From contig JAHQWJ010000051.1 in assembly GCA_029856125.1 (NCBI GenBank), positions 1 through 39,866 on the forward strand: a stretch of 39,866 bases of DNA, in the 5' to 3' direction. Source of the DNA: Promethearchaeia archaeon (GTDB taxonomy: Archaea; Asgardarchaeota; Lokiarchaeia; Sigyniarchaeales; SOKP01). Positions within the stretch are counted from its first letter, which is position 1. Each line of letters starts with the position of its first letter. This document shows, in pieces, positions 26,973 to 36,978 of this stretch. Both the position numbers and the translations under genes were made by a program. Under the pieces are notes generated by a model. That model saw nothing but the letters and a program-made list of their open reading frames with translations, made no database searches and was not told the origin of the DNA.

Positions 26973-26993
26973 TTTTTTATTTTTTTCATTCTT
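26973..26993 (+). terminator. oligo-U tract, putative archaeal terminator of the thiolase operon
   Basis: TTTTTTATTTTTTTCATTCTT just after the stop codon. Confidence 0.4.
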
Positions 26994-27115
26994 GTATCGA
27001 ATCTAGCTTATTAGTGCAATTACGGTACCTAAAAACCTAATAGTCTTAAATCTAAAATGATTACATTTATATTAGATGAGGAAGAAATAGGATTAATCAG
27101 ATGTGAATTATTCTC

Positions 27116-28330
27116 ATGAACGCAGAATCTAAGAAACCACGGCTTCTCTTCCTTGATAATATAAAGTTCTTATTTACTATTCTTGTGATCTTCCAGCATG
27201 TGAGGGTTACTTATGGTGGATCAGGGGTGTGGTATTATATTGAGGCTCCTCCAGTAGATACTTTCAGTCTTATATTCTTTATAACTTTATCCTCGATTGG
27301 GGGTCTTTTTCAAGCCTCACTCATGGGATTATTCTTTTTAATGGGTGGTTATTTTACTCCTAAAAGTTACGATCGAAAAGGTATCCGTTCCTTTTGGAAA
27401 GAACGACTTCTTCGTCTCGGTATTCCTCTCTTATTGTATATTTTTCTAGTTAATCCTATTTTGATTTATATCATTCATGCTTTAGGAATTCTAAATTATG
27501 GTTCCTTCCTAACACCGCAAGGATCTTTTTTAGAATATTATTTAAGTCAATTTCAATCACTCGAAGCGTTTATAGGCTTTATTACAAGAACTGGTCCTAT
27601 GTGGTTTCTCTACGTTTTATTGATTTTTACTGTTGTTTATACTATTTGGAGGCAGATAACAAAGATTGACTCCGTACAACGACGCATCCCAAAAGAACTT
27701 TCAATCCCAAAATATATCTACTTACTCCTTGTAGCTATTATCTTAGGATTTCTTACTTTTTTAGTTCGCTTAGTCTCTCCTATAGACAAATTTCCGCTGG
27801 GAATGCCATTAGGTTTTTTCATTATTTATCTCATGATGTTCAGCGTTGGTGTCATCGCTGTTCGATATAATTGGATCGAAAAGATGACCAGACGTCAGGT
27901 CAAAATCTGGGCTATTACAATTTTAGCTGCTTTTGTATTACTTTATCTCTATGTCTTTCTATTTCTAGGATTTGATTCAGATCTTAGCGTTTTCTTAGGA
28001 GGACCCACTTTGCACGCTCTTCTATTTGTAGTCGCAGAAAATGTCGTTGGTATGGGAATGATTTTTGTGTTACTTAAGATTTTTTACGCAAAATTCAACG
28101 ATCAAGGAAAAATACTACAGAACTTAACCTCTAGTGCGTTTTATATGTACCTTATTCATCCACTTGTCCTTGTTCCTGTTTCCCTTGGATTTGCATTCAT
28201 ACCACTTCTTCCCGTTATAAAACTAGTCATTGTATTTCCTTTAACAGTCATCCTTTGCTATCTGATAAGTCATTTTGTCCTCGAAAAGATACCTATGAAA
28301 AAACGTACAAGAGACACTCAGAATAGTTAG
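27116..28330 (+). CDS. acyltransferase-3 family (OpgC/MdoC-like) membrane acyltransferase
   Basis: RLLFLDNIK...LVIFQH, MGLFFLMGGYF, KERLLRLGIP, GPMWFLYVL, YLIHP. Confidence 0.92.
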   Translation: MNAESKKPRLLFLDNIKFLFTILVIFQHVRVTYGGSGVWYYIEAPPVDTFSLIFFITLSSIGGLFQASLMGLFFLMGGYFTPKSYDRKGIRSFWKERLLRLGIPLLLYIFLVNPILIYIIHALGILNYGSFLTPQGSFLEYYLSQFQSLEAFIGFITRTGPMWFLYVLLIFTVVYTIWRQITKIDSVQRRIPKELSIPKYIYLLLVAIILGFLTFLVRLVSPIDKFPLGMPLGFFIIYLMMFSVGVIAVRYNWIEKMTRRQVKIWAITILAAFVLLYLYVFLFLGFDSDLSVFLGGPTLHALLFVVAENVVGMGMIFVLLKIFYAKFNDQGKILQNLTSSAFYMYLIHPLVLVPVSLGFAFIPLLPVIKLVIVFPLTVILCYLISHFVLEKIPMKKRTRDTQNS

Positions 28331-28759
28331 AAACTCGCTTCTTAAACACTTTTCATATTACTTCTTCAGTTATGATGTAGAATTTCAATCCTTTTTTTCT
28401 ATAAAAATATCTAAATTTTTAAATTTAGAAAAAAAAAAACGAAATGGATTCTTTTCATTTAGAAATCAATGATCAAAGAATTAACCGGGAAAATCATTTT
28501 TGGATCCCATTAGAGTGGTTGTTTCTTCAATCCATTGAGATAGGTCTTTATCAATTCGACAAAAGGTAACAATTTTGTCTAAATCCTTAAGTTTATTAAA
28601 CGAAGAAGAAACTCCTTTTTTAATTTGGTAAATTCTTTAAGAAGCCAATTGAATAGCAAAAAAACTAATATCACAAAATTTTTAGTTTATTCATCAATTT
28701 GATTAAATCAAAGGAAAAGATTATTACTACTTTCCAATTTATTAAATAATTTATTAATA

Positions 28760-29926
28760 ATGGGTATTATGTCTAGAAGTTTGGAACATTTTCAAGAATC
28801 CGTAATAAGAAAAATGACTAGGAAAGCTATAGAAAATGATGCAATTAACCTTTCTCAAGGAATGCCTGACTTTTCTCCTCCTTTAGAGCTAATAGAGGGT
28901 ATAAAAGAAGGCTTGGATGAAGAGAAGCACCAGTATAGCGTCACATATGGACGTACTGATTTAAGGGAAAAAATATCAGAAAAGCTCCAAGATTATAATA
29001 AACTAGTGGTTGATCCTTACAATGAACTAACTATAACATGTGGGGCAAGTGAGGCTATTGCTTCGAGCATTCTTGCAATAACAAATCCAGGAGATGAAAT
29101 CTTAATTCTTGAACCTTGGTATGAGAATTATGTTCCCATTACATATCTTGCTCAAGGTAAACCTGTGTTTGTTTCTTTATCTAAAGAAAACTATAGCATT
29201 GATGAAGAAGTATTAAAGAATAGCATTAATAAGAAAACTAAGGCTACAATAATAAATTCACCCCATAATCCTACTGGAAAGGTTTTTTCACCAGAAGATT
29301 TCAAAATAATCTCTGATTTATGCATCGATCATGATATTATTGTTATTACTGATGAAATTTATGAGCATATTATATTTGATGGTTTAAAACATCTAAGCAT
29401 TGGTAGTTTTGATTCGATGAAGGAAAGAACTATAACAATTAGTGGATTTAGTAAAACTTTTTCAGTAACCGGGTGGCGAATAGGATATGTAGCAGCTAAC
29501 CAAGAACTAATGAATGGGATAAGAAAAGTGCACGATTATTTAACTGTTTGTGCCCCAAGCTTATTACAATATGCCACATTGAAAGTATTTGATTTAAGTC
29601 CTGTATATTACAATGAACTTATAAATAGATATCAGAAAAATAGAGATTTTCTTCATAGTCAGCTTTTAAGCTTAGGTATGGATGTTTTTAATCCACAAGG
29701 GGCTTACTATATGTTTGCAGATATATCTCAATTTGGCATGAATGATATAGAATTCGCAAATTATTTAGTAAAAGATGAAGGAGTTGCTACAGTTCCTGGT
29801 TCCAGTTTTTACATGAATAATCGCCTTGGAAATAATCCTGGATCGAATTATGTAAGATTTTCTTTTTCTCAAAAGTTAGAAACATTACAAAATGCTGCAG
29901 ATCGCATTAAGAAGAGATTAATTTGA
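28760..29926 (+). CDS. PLP-dependent class I/II aminotransferase (YbdL/aspartate aminotransferase-like)
   Basis: INLSQGMPDF, NSPHNPTG, TDEIY, SKTFSVTGWRIG. Confidence 0.93.
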   Translation: MGIMSRSLEHFQESVIRKMTRKAIENDAINLSQGMPDFSPPLELIEGIKEGLDEEKHQYSVTYGRTDLREKISEKLQDYNKLVVDPYNELTITCGASEAIASSILAITNPGDEILILEPWYENYVPITYLAQGKPVFVSLSKENYSIDEEVLKNSINKKTKATIINSPHNPTGKVFSPEDFKIISDLCIDHDIIVITDEIYEHIIFDGLKHLSIGSFDSMKERTITISGFSKTFSVTGWRIGYVAANQELMNGIRKVHDYLTVCAPSLLQYATLKVFDLSPVYYNELINRYQKNRDFLHSQLLSLGMDVFNPQGAYYMFADISQFGMNDIEFANYLVKDEGVATVPGSSFYMNNRLGNNPGSNYVRFSFSQKLETLQNAADRIKKRLI

Positions 29927-29952
29927 AAATCTGATGAGTACTAATAATTACA

Positions 29953-30930
29953 TTAGTACCTTTTTATAATTTCTGTAAAGAGTGAATTTTCTATATTTCC
30001 TCCACTAATTATTGCTACTACATTCTTTTGGGCAAATATTTCTTTTTCTTCAAGAATACAAGCTACTGTTGTAGCACCTGCACCCTCTACAATTTGACCT
30101 TCCTCTTTCCAAAGAAGACTGATTGCTCTTTTAACAGAATCCTCATCAACTAATATTATCCTATCAACATATTCTTTTATTAGTTCAAAAGTTAAAGCGC
30201 CAAGTTCAAGTCCGCCTAATAACCCTTCTGCGATAGTTTGGAATTCTTCTGTATACACAATTTTACCCGCCTTCCAGGATTCATACATTGTAGAGGCTCC
30301 TTTTGTTTGAACTCCTATTACTTCAATATTGGGATTTAAAGATTTAGCTGCTAATACGATACCAGAAATTAAACCACCTCCACCAATAGGAACAATTATG
30401 GAATTTACCTGAGCGTTTTCTTCAAATACTTCAAGTGCAATAGTTCCTTGACCGGTTATAATGTCAATATCATTATAGGGACTAATGTATGTTAAATTTT
30501 CTTTAAGAGACACTTCTCTTGCTTTTTTTTCGATTGTATCAAATTCTCCTTCTTGAATAATATTAACATCATATTTCTTTATTTTACTTAATTTTGCCAT
30601 GGAAACATTTGTAGGAATCACTATTCTTGCAGAAATTTTCAAGTTTTCTGCCGCCAATGCTACTCCTTGAGCATGATTGCCAGATGATGCTGTAACAACC
30701 CCGTTTCTTCTTTCTTCTGAACTCAACTGTAACAATCGGTTAAAAGCACCACGCACTTTAAATGAGTTAGTGGGTTGTAAATTTTCTAACTTCAAAAATA
30801 CATCACCGTTACAGATTTGACTTAGATGTTCAGAATGGATTAGTGGTGTATTTCTAACAAATTTTTTTATCCTTTCTCTAGCTTTCTTGATTGTTTCTAA
30901 ATTGATATCAATCATGTTTAAGGAAATCAT
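29953..30930 (-). CDS. PLP serine/threonine dehydratase family (EutB/BhcB-like, no ACT domain)
   Basis: LKLENLQPTNSFKVRG, ASSGNHAQG, PIGGGGLISG, IVEGAGA, ISGGN. Confidence 0.92.
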   Translation of the reverse strand: MISLNMIDINLETIKKARERIKKFVRNTPLIHSEHLSQICNGDVFLKLENLQPTNSFKVRGAFNRLLQLSSEERRNGVVTASSGNHAQGVALAAENLKISARIVIPTNVSMAKLSKIKKYDVNIIQEGEFDTIEKKAREVSLKENLTYISPYNDIDIITGQGTIALEVFEENAQVNSIIVPIGGGGLISGIVLAAKSLNPNIEVIGVQTKGASTMYESWKAGKIVYTEEFQTIAEGLLGGLELGALTFELIKEYVDRIILVDEDSVKRAISLLWKEEGQIVEGAGATTVACILEEKEIFAQKNVVAIISGGNIENSLFTEIIKRY

Positions 30931-30935
30931 CTGTT

Positions 30936-31931
30936 TTATATATCTAATAAAGATACTACACGCCCAATCCCTTTTTCTTTTGCTTGTTTATAAACAATAT
31001 TAGCAGCAGCAATATCTTGAGCAGCTAGACCTGTAGCATCAAAGAGTGTGATTTCTTCGTTTGTTTCACGGCCTATCTTTTCTCCAATGAGAATTTTGCC
31101 TATTTCGGCATAAACATCATCTTCAGTTATCAAACCATCTGCTAATGCATGTTGAATTTCTCCAATTATTCTACACTGGTTTAAGCTATCTACTACGACT
31201 TTATCTGCTCTTTTAACAATAAATGGATCTAATTCTTGCTTACCTGGTCCATCTGCTCCGATTGCATTGATATGAACTCCTTCTTGAATCCATTCTTTCA
31301 TTACAAGAGCTTTTCTAGATGGGGTTACTGTTACAATAATATCAGTTTCAGTTACAGCATTCTTAATGTCTTCTGCTGGTTCTATTGGAATCTTTAGTTG
31401 TTCTGACATTTCTTCTACATACCTGTCTCGCTCAGTTGTATTAATGTCCCAAACTTTGATTTTCTTTAAGGAGAAAACCTCTCGTAATGCTAAGACTTGC
31501 ATTCTTGCTTGTGTCCCAGCCCCAACAACTCCAATTATATTAGAGTCTTTTCTTGCGAGTGCTTTGGCTGCAACAGCTCCAGCAGCTCCTGTTCTATATG
31601 CAGTAACATAAGTTCCATCCATTATTGCTACTGGCATACTTGTTTTAAGATCCATCAAGATTATTACCGCAATCCCTGGAGGTAATCCCAATTTATAATT
31701 CTCGTAGAAACCGCTCGCAATTTTGGTACCGATAAGTCCAAGATCCTCGATGTAACCTGATTTAATATCTACTTCCCCATTATACTGTGAAACATCTAAA
31801 TGCATGACTGGTGGCATTTTTACCCGTCCTTTTGCGAACGCAATGTATGCTTCTCGCACTGCTCTAATTGCCTCACTCATAGGTAAACATGACTTGACTT
31901 CATTTTGAGATAGTATTATTATTTTTGACAT
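30936..31931 (-). CDS. ornithine cyclodeaminase/mu-crystallin family imine reductase (EutC/AlaDH-like)
   Basis: TAYRTGAAG, GAGTQA, HINAIGAD, FDATGLAAQD; N-terminal MPPVMHLD...GEVDIKSGY...KIASGFYEN. Confidence 0.92.
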   Translation of the reverse strand: MSKIIILSQNEVKSCLPMSEAIRAVREAYIAFAKGRVKMPPVMHLDVSQYNGEVDIKSGYIEDLGLIGTKIASGFYENYKLGLPPGIAVIILMDLKTSMPVAIMDGTYVTAYRTGAAGAVAAKALARKDSNIIGVVGAGTQARMQVLALREVFSLKKIKVWDINTTERDRYVEEMSEQLKIPIEPAEDIKNAVTETDIIVTVTPSRKALVMKEWIQEGVHINAIGADGPGKQELDPFIVKRADKVVVDSLNQCRIIGEIQHALADGLITEDDVYAEIGKILIGEKIGRETNEEITLFDATGLAAQDIAAANIVYKQAKEKGIGRVVSLLDI

Positions 31932-32433
31932 AACATCACATTATTTTATAGAAGACATTTGTATAATAATATTATTACACGAAAAATCTTCTACATTGTG
32001 GACAAGTATTATTGGTGAGTGAAATTACACTCCCATATTTTGACTAGTTTATTATTTTATTTGAATTACGCTATACATTACTTCTAACTACCGTAGGTTT
32101 AGCTAGTTAATTTATACCACGCAATATACTAGCCATCATGCAAGTATTCGGTAGCATAGACCCAAAATCGTTTAAAAATGGTTATGGAAAATTGTTATGA
32201 GTATTATCAACAAATTAATTCCAGTATAAAAGAAAAGAGCCTTATCAAAGATAATGTATGCAGAGAAAGATGTATATATTTTTAAGAAAAAAGAACTTAG
32301 AGGTTAAAATAATATGCCTTCTCAATAGAAAAATAGAAAGCTTTAAAAAGGCAATTAACAAAATGTACACAGTAGAAATCAAATAAAAAAAATAAAAAAA
32401 ATATATAAAATAATTTAAAGATGTGATTAATAA

Positions 32434-33237
32434 ATGAAAAGAGAAATGGCCGTAATAGGATTTGTAGCCTGTTTAGCCGTAGGACTCGGTATTGGGTGGT
32501 TAATACCAGGATTATTAACACCTGCCTCAACTCCTGGTCAAACATTGGTGGATGAGATTCAGGCTAGAGGTGAGCTGATTGTTGGAACTGATGCTCCCTG
32601 GCCACCTTTCGAACTGTTCAACGTTACTACTTCTACATGGGAAGGATTTGACATTGATCTATCACAAATGATTGCAGATGAACTAGGTGTAACCCTTACA
32701 ATGACAAATATTCTTTTTGACGAACTGATTGGGGCATGCAAAGCAGGTACTATTGACATGATTGCAGCAGCGATGATGGTCAGACATTCTCGCGCACAGG
32801 AACTTGCACACTCTGTAACTTATATTCGGGTAAATGAGGTAATTGTAGTCAAGGGTAATTCAACTCTTAGCATTACCAGTTTAAACGAACTCAACACCAC
32901 TGTAGTCGGCTGTCAAGCAGGTACAACTCAATATGATGCATTGGTTGCCATCCCAGGATTGACTGAAGGAGTGAATTTGAAAGTGTATCCTAAAGCTGAT
33001 ATTATGATGGCAGAGCTAGACAATGGAGTTATAGATGCTGCATTTGTAGATGAACCTGTAGTAACTGTCTGGTCGAAGACGTACAGTCAAAAGATAATCT
33101 TCATTGTTCCTGCCGAGCCTATGGCGATGTGGTCCCGTTGGGAGGAGCCAGAATTGATGATGGTAATCAATAAGGTTATTCTTGAATCTTATAGAGACGG
33201 AGTTATGGATGATCTTTACACAAAGTGGTTTAGTTGA
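32434..33237 (+). CDS. polar amino acid ABC transporter substrate-binding protein (family 3)
   Basis: N-terminal membrane anchor, LIVGTDAPWPPFE, GFDIDL, GCQAGTT. Confidence 0.93.
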   Translation: MKREMAVIGFVACLAVGLGIGWLIPGLLTPASTPGQTLVDEIQARGELIVGTDAPWPPFELFNVTTSTWEGFDIDLSQMIADELGVTLTMTNILFDELIGACKAGTIDMIAAAMMVRHSRAQELAHSVTYIRVNEVIVVKGNSTLSITSLNELNTTVVGCQAGTTQYDALVAIPGLTEGVNLKVYPKADIMMAELDNGVIDAAFVDEPVVTVWSKTYSQKIIFIVPAEPMAMWSRWEEPELMMVINKVILESYRDGVMDDLYTKWFS

Positions 33238-33240
33238 GCA

Positions 33241-33927
33241 ATGAGCAACACTCCAAATATTCAAACTATTTTTTTTTATATTTTAAGTGAAGGTTTGTTT
33301 GCAACCTTAGCCCTTACAGCCCTAGGTTTATTAATTGGATTTGCAATAGGTCTTTTACTAGCGCTTATGCGGGTTTACGGCCCTACAGAAATAGGGTGGT
33401 TCGCAAGCGGTTATGAGAAAATATTTCGTGGCATTCCAGTTCTGGTTCTTATCTTTATCTTCTCTTTTGGAATACCTGGGTTGTTTTCGTATCTAGAACC
33501 TCTTGAGAGACCGATTGCTGGAGTAATATTAGCACTTGGGCTTCGTAGTGGTGCCTATCAGTCTCAAATATTTCGTGGAGCTATTCTATCAGTAAATCCA
33601 GGGCAAATGGAAGCTGCTCGTGCTATAGGAATGAACGGATTTCAATCTTTCCGTCATATTGTATTTCCTCAGGCACTACGACTGGCTGTACCCAGCTGGT
33701 CCAATGAGTATGCAGTGGTTATTAAAGATTCATCTTTCGCATATGGGGTTGGAATTGTTGAGATGACCAGAGTGGCTTTCGATATAGCAGCAAACTTTCC
33801 GGTGCTTATGCCTCTTTCAATGGCTATAGTTGCGATCCTATACCTTATTTTTACTTATCCTGTGACGAAATTATTTGGTGAACGGCAAACTAAGAAACTA
33901 AAGGATTTCGGAATGGGGGGAGGTTAG
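33241..33927 (+). CDS. polar amino acid ABC permease
   Basis: [16 protein letters not shown] (EAA loop), PQALR, IKDSS. Confidence 0.93.
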   Translation: MSNTPNIQTIFFYILSEGLFATLALTALGLLIGFAIGLLLALMRVYGPTEIGWFASGYEKIFRGIPVLVLIFIFSFGIPGLFSYLEPLERPIAGVILALGLRSGAYQSQIFRGAILSVNPGQMEAARAIGMNGFQSFRHIVFPQALRLAVPSWSNEYAVVIKDSSFAYGVGIVEMTRVAFDIAANFPVLMPLSMAIVAILYLIFTYPVTKLFGERQTKKLKDFGMGGG

Positions 33928-33929
33928 AT

Positions 33930-34712
33930 ATGGAAAAAAATGTATTAAACGTGGTCGATGTTTGGAAGGCGTATGACGAATTGGAGGTTCTAAAAGGGGT
34001 TTCATTTGAATTAGCAAAACGAGAAGTTAAAGTAATCTTTGGACCGAGTGGTTCTGGGAAAAGTACACTACTTCGCTGTATTAATATGCTAACTCCGCCA
34101 GACAAGGGTGAAATATATCTTTCAGGGCAGAATCTTATAGCGCCTGGAGTAGATCTTAATGCAATGCGAGCTAAGATCGGCATGGTATTCCAACATTTTA
34201 ATCTTTTCTCTCATCTCAAAGCAATTGATAATGTTAGTGTTGGTCTTCGTCGAGTAAAAGGATTTACAAAGGAAGATGCTCGTGCAAAAGCACTAGATGC
34301 GTTATATCAAGTTAAAATGGCAGAATGGGCAGAACATTACCCTGCACAACTATCTGGCGGACAACAACAACGTGTGGGCATAGCTCGTGCTTTAGCTATG
34401 AAACCGGATTTAATTTTGTTTGATGAACCAACATCTGCATTAGATCCTGAGCTTATAGGTGAAGTATTACAGGTTATGTTGGAAATTGCTAAAGCGGGCA
34501 CTACTATGGTGGTGGTCACGCATGAAATGGGGTTCGCTCGTGCAGTGGCGTCAGAAATGATTTTCCTCGATCAGGGTGTCGTTATCGAGCGTGGAACTCC
34601 CGAACACTTTTTCGTCTCCCCTGAAACCGAGCGTGTAAAACACTTTCTTAGACAGATTAATATTTTATATGGACATCACGAAGAACTTTTAAAAGAATTT
34701 AATGAGGATTAA
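33930..34712 (+). CDS. polar amino acid ABC ATPase (GlnQ-like)
   Basis: [42 protein letters not shown]. Confidence 0.95.
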   Translation: MEKNVLNVVDVWKAYDELEVLKGVSFELAKREVKVIFGPSGSGKSTLLRCINMLTPPDKGEIYLSGQNLIAPGVDLNAMRAKIGMVFQHFNLFSHLKAIDNVSVGLRRVKGFTKEDARAKALDALYQVKMAEWAEHYPAQLSGGQQQRVGIARALAMKPDLILFDEPTSALDPELIGEVLQVMLEIAKAGTTMVVVTHEMGFARAVASEMIFLDQGVVIERGTPEHFFVSPETERVKHFLRQINILYGHHEELLKEFNED

Positions 34713-34717
34713 AAACT

Positions 34718-35497
34718 ATGATTTTCCAAGTTCTTCCTCAAGAATTATTAGATTTACTTCGCGTGCTGGAATTCTGGGATCACATCCTCATAGGTTTGGC
34801 AAAAACTATGTGGTTATATGTTTGGGCACTTCTGTTTGGCTTTTTTCTTGGTCTTTTACTCGCTCTTCTTCGCCATTATGGTGGAAGGATTCTTTCACGG
34901 ATTGCCACTGGATATGTTGAGATTGTACGCGGTACACCTTTACTTATACAGTTGCTCTTTATTTACTTTCTTCCCTTTAGTATAAATTCTTTCCTAGATG
35001 CACAAGGTCTTCCTTTTATCCCCATAGGGAGATGGAGTATTTATGTCACTTCAGAACTCTTTGGAAGAACTATGACTATGGTCTTTTTAGATCACATAAC
35101 ATTAATGGGAATCCTTACGTTAAGCCTTAATAGTGCAGCTTATCAAGCGGAATACTTACGTGGGGCTGTTATGTCCATTAGTAGCGGACAATTAGAGGCT
35201 GCTCAATCGATTGGTATGTCTCGTCGGTCTGGTATTTTGCATATCGTATTGCCCCAGGCCCTACGTCGTGTTATTCCCTCATGGTCTAACGAAGCTGCTT
35301 ATCTTCCTAAGTATACTGTCGTTGTCTTTTATATAGGATTAACAGAACTTTTTGCACAGGCACATTATATAATTTCAGAAACTTTTCTCACACTCTCTGT
35401 ATACATAGTTGTAGCACTCATTTTTTTAGTGATTATCACACTTATCTCCAAATCATTGGACATCCTCTACAAATGGACAGCTATACCTGGTTTGTAA
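34718..35497 (+). CDS. polar amino acid ABC permease (second)
   Basis: YVEIVRGTPLLIQL, AAYQAEYLRG, GQLEAAQSIGM. Confidence 0.93.
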   Translation: MIFQVLPQELLDLLRVLEFWDHILIGLAKTMWLYVWALLFGFFLGLLLALLRHYGGRILSRIATGYVEIVRGTPLLIQLLFIYFLPFSINSFLDAQGLPFIPIGRWSIYVTSELFGRTMTMVFLDHITLMGILTLSLNSAAYQAEYLRGAVMSISSGQLEAAQSIGMSRRSGILHIVLPQALRRVIPSWSNEAAYLPKYTVVVFYIGLTELFAQAHYIISETFLTLSVYIVVALIFLVIITLISKSLDILYKWTAIPGL

Positions 35498-35652
35498 ACC
35501 TTAGTAAGAATAAATTATACTAATTTCCTTTTTTTTTACTCTTTCGCTCAATTAATTAAAAAGTTACTCTAGGGATATTGAGTTAACAATACAAGAATTC
35601 CTTTATTTACATAAAACTATTTTCAATTATGTAAGTTTGAAATATATTAATA

Positions 35653-36780
35653 CTATTTCTTCAATTCCATGATTAATTCGTGTATGCGATTAAGTCCTGA
35701 TGTAAGGTAATCTGGTGGTAATCCAAAACTTATCCGAAAAAATTTATCCATACCAAAATGGTCACCTGGCACAATAAAAACACTCTTCTCCTTACGCAAG
35801 CGTTCTGCAAATTCAGTGGAATTGATGTCTAAATGATAGCGAACAAACGCGATTGCGGCAGCTTGTGAAGGGATAACGCTAAAAATATTTTCATGGCTAT
35901 CCATCCATCGTTGAAGAATAGGATATCCTTGTCGAATGAAATTACGAGTACGCTGAATAATTCGTTGTCTTACCTTTGGAGACAACGCAATTGCAGCAAG
36001 TTTGTTTGATAACATTGTAGCACTAATTGTAGTGTATTCATGCCGTGCCCAAATATCCTTTATAGTTTCAGTAGGTGCAACTGCCCATCCAATACGAAGC
36101 CCAGGTAAGCCATAAGCTTTACTCATGCTACCTATTGCTATCACTTTCTCATAGCGTCCAAAAAAGGAAGGCGTTTCATCATCTCTTAATCGTTCAGCAC
36201 CAATGTATACTTCATCAGCTAAAATCCATGCGTTAACTCGGTCTGCTATAGCAATTATACTATCCATTTCATTCTCATTCAAGATGTAACCTGTGGGATT
36301 GTTAGGATTGCAGATGGCAATGAGTTTAGTTTTCTTGGAGACAATCTTATCTAATTCAATTAAGTCAGGTGCCCAACCATTTTCTTCAAGTAGATGGAAT
36401 TCTTTTATTTTGAAACCGTGGTTCTGAGCAATACCCCAAATTTGCATATAATTTGGTAACATAATTACTATTTCATCATTTGGGTTAAGTAGTGTACAAG
36501 TTGCGTTGTAATTCGCTTCAATCGCTCCTGTTGTAACTAGAATGTTTTTCGTGGTAGCTCCATCATATAGAGCGGCAATATTTTCCCGTAATTCGGGAAT
36601 ACCCTCAACATGTGGGTAATTCAGATCAGTAGCAAGTAAATCGTTAATGTAATCAGGATCATCTGACAATAATTCACTGAGCAAAATTGGGTGAACTCCA
36701 CTTTCGGACAGGTTAAAATCAACTTCCTGCTCAAACTTGGACATCCAACGTTCCATAAGAAAAGGTTGAAATTTAGACAT
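35653..36780 (-). CDS. PLP-dependent class I/II aminotransferase-like enzyme
   Basis: NLSESG, CNPNNPTG, ADEVY, SKAYGLPGLRIGW. Confidence 0.92.
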   Translation of the reverse strand: MSKFQPFLMERWMSKFEQEVDFNLSESGVHPILLSELLSDDPDYINDLLATDLNYPHVEGIPELRENIAALYDGATTKNILVTTGAIEANYNATCTLLNPNDEIVIMLPNYMQIWGIAQNHGFKIKEFHLLEENGWAPDLIELDKIVSKKTKLIAICNPNNPTGYILNENEMDSIIAIADRVNAWILADEVYIGAERLRDDETPSFFGRYEKVIAIGSMSKAYGLPGLRIGWAVAPTETIKDIWARHEYTTISATMLSNKLAAIALSPKVRQRIIQRTRNFIRQGYPILQRWMDSHENIFSVIPSQAAAIAFVRYHLDINSTEFAERLRKEKSVFIVPGDHFGMDKFFRISFGLPPDYLTSGLNRIHELIMELKK

Positions 36781-36978
36781 TTTACTATTTTCCTATTTAA
36801 GATTAAAGAATTATTTATTATCTATAGATCTTAAATTCTTCAAACATTTTTATACTTTGATCATCAAATGAATTAATTTACTTCTTTCTAATTCTAAACA
36901 GATGATTGAAAAAGGTTTTATCATACTATTTTATTTTTATGAAACATTATAGAAATTTAATTAATTATTGATGAAGTC

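Noticed and set aside
28481-28615. Start-less 44-codon minus-strand frame (GVSSSFNKLKDLDKIVTFCRIDKDLSQWIEE...) as a pseudogene
   Set aside because: No recognisable family and no start codon; it cannot be supported without a search.
32138-32200. IDPKSFKNGYGKLL resembling GNAT motif A (possible gene debris)
   Set aside because: Only 20 codons; the similarity is too short to call.
32297-32545. 82-aa minus-strand ORF
   Set aside because: It derives from an A-rich promoter region and the antisense of the SBP gene, with low-complexity Phe-rich translation.
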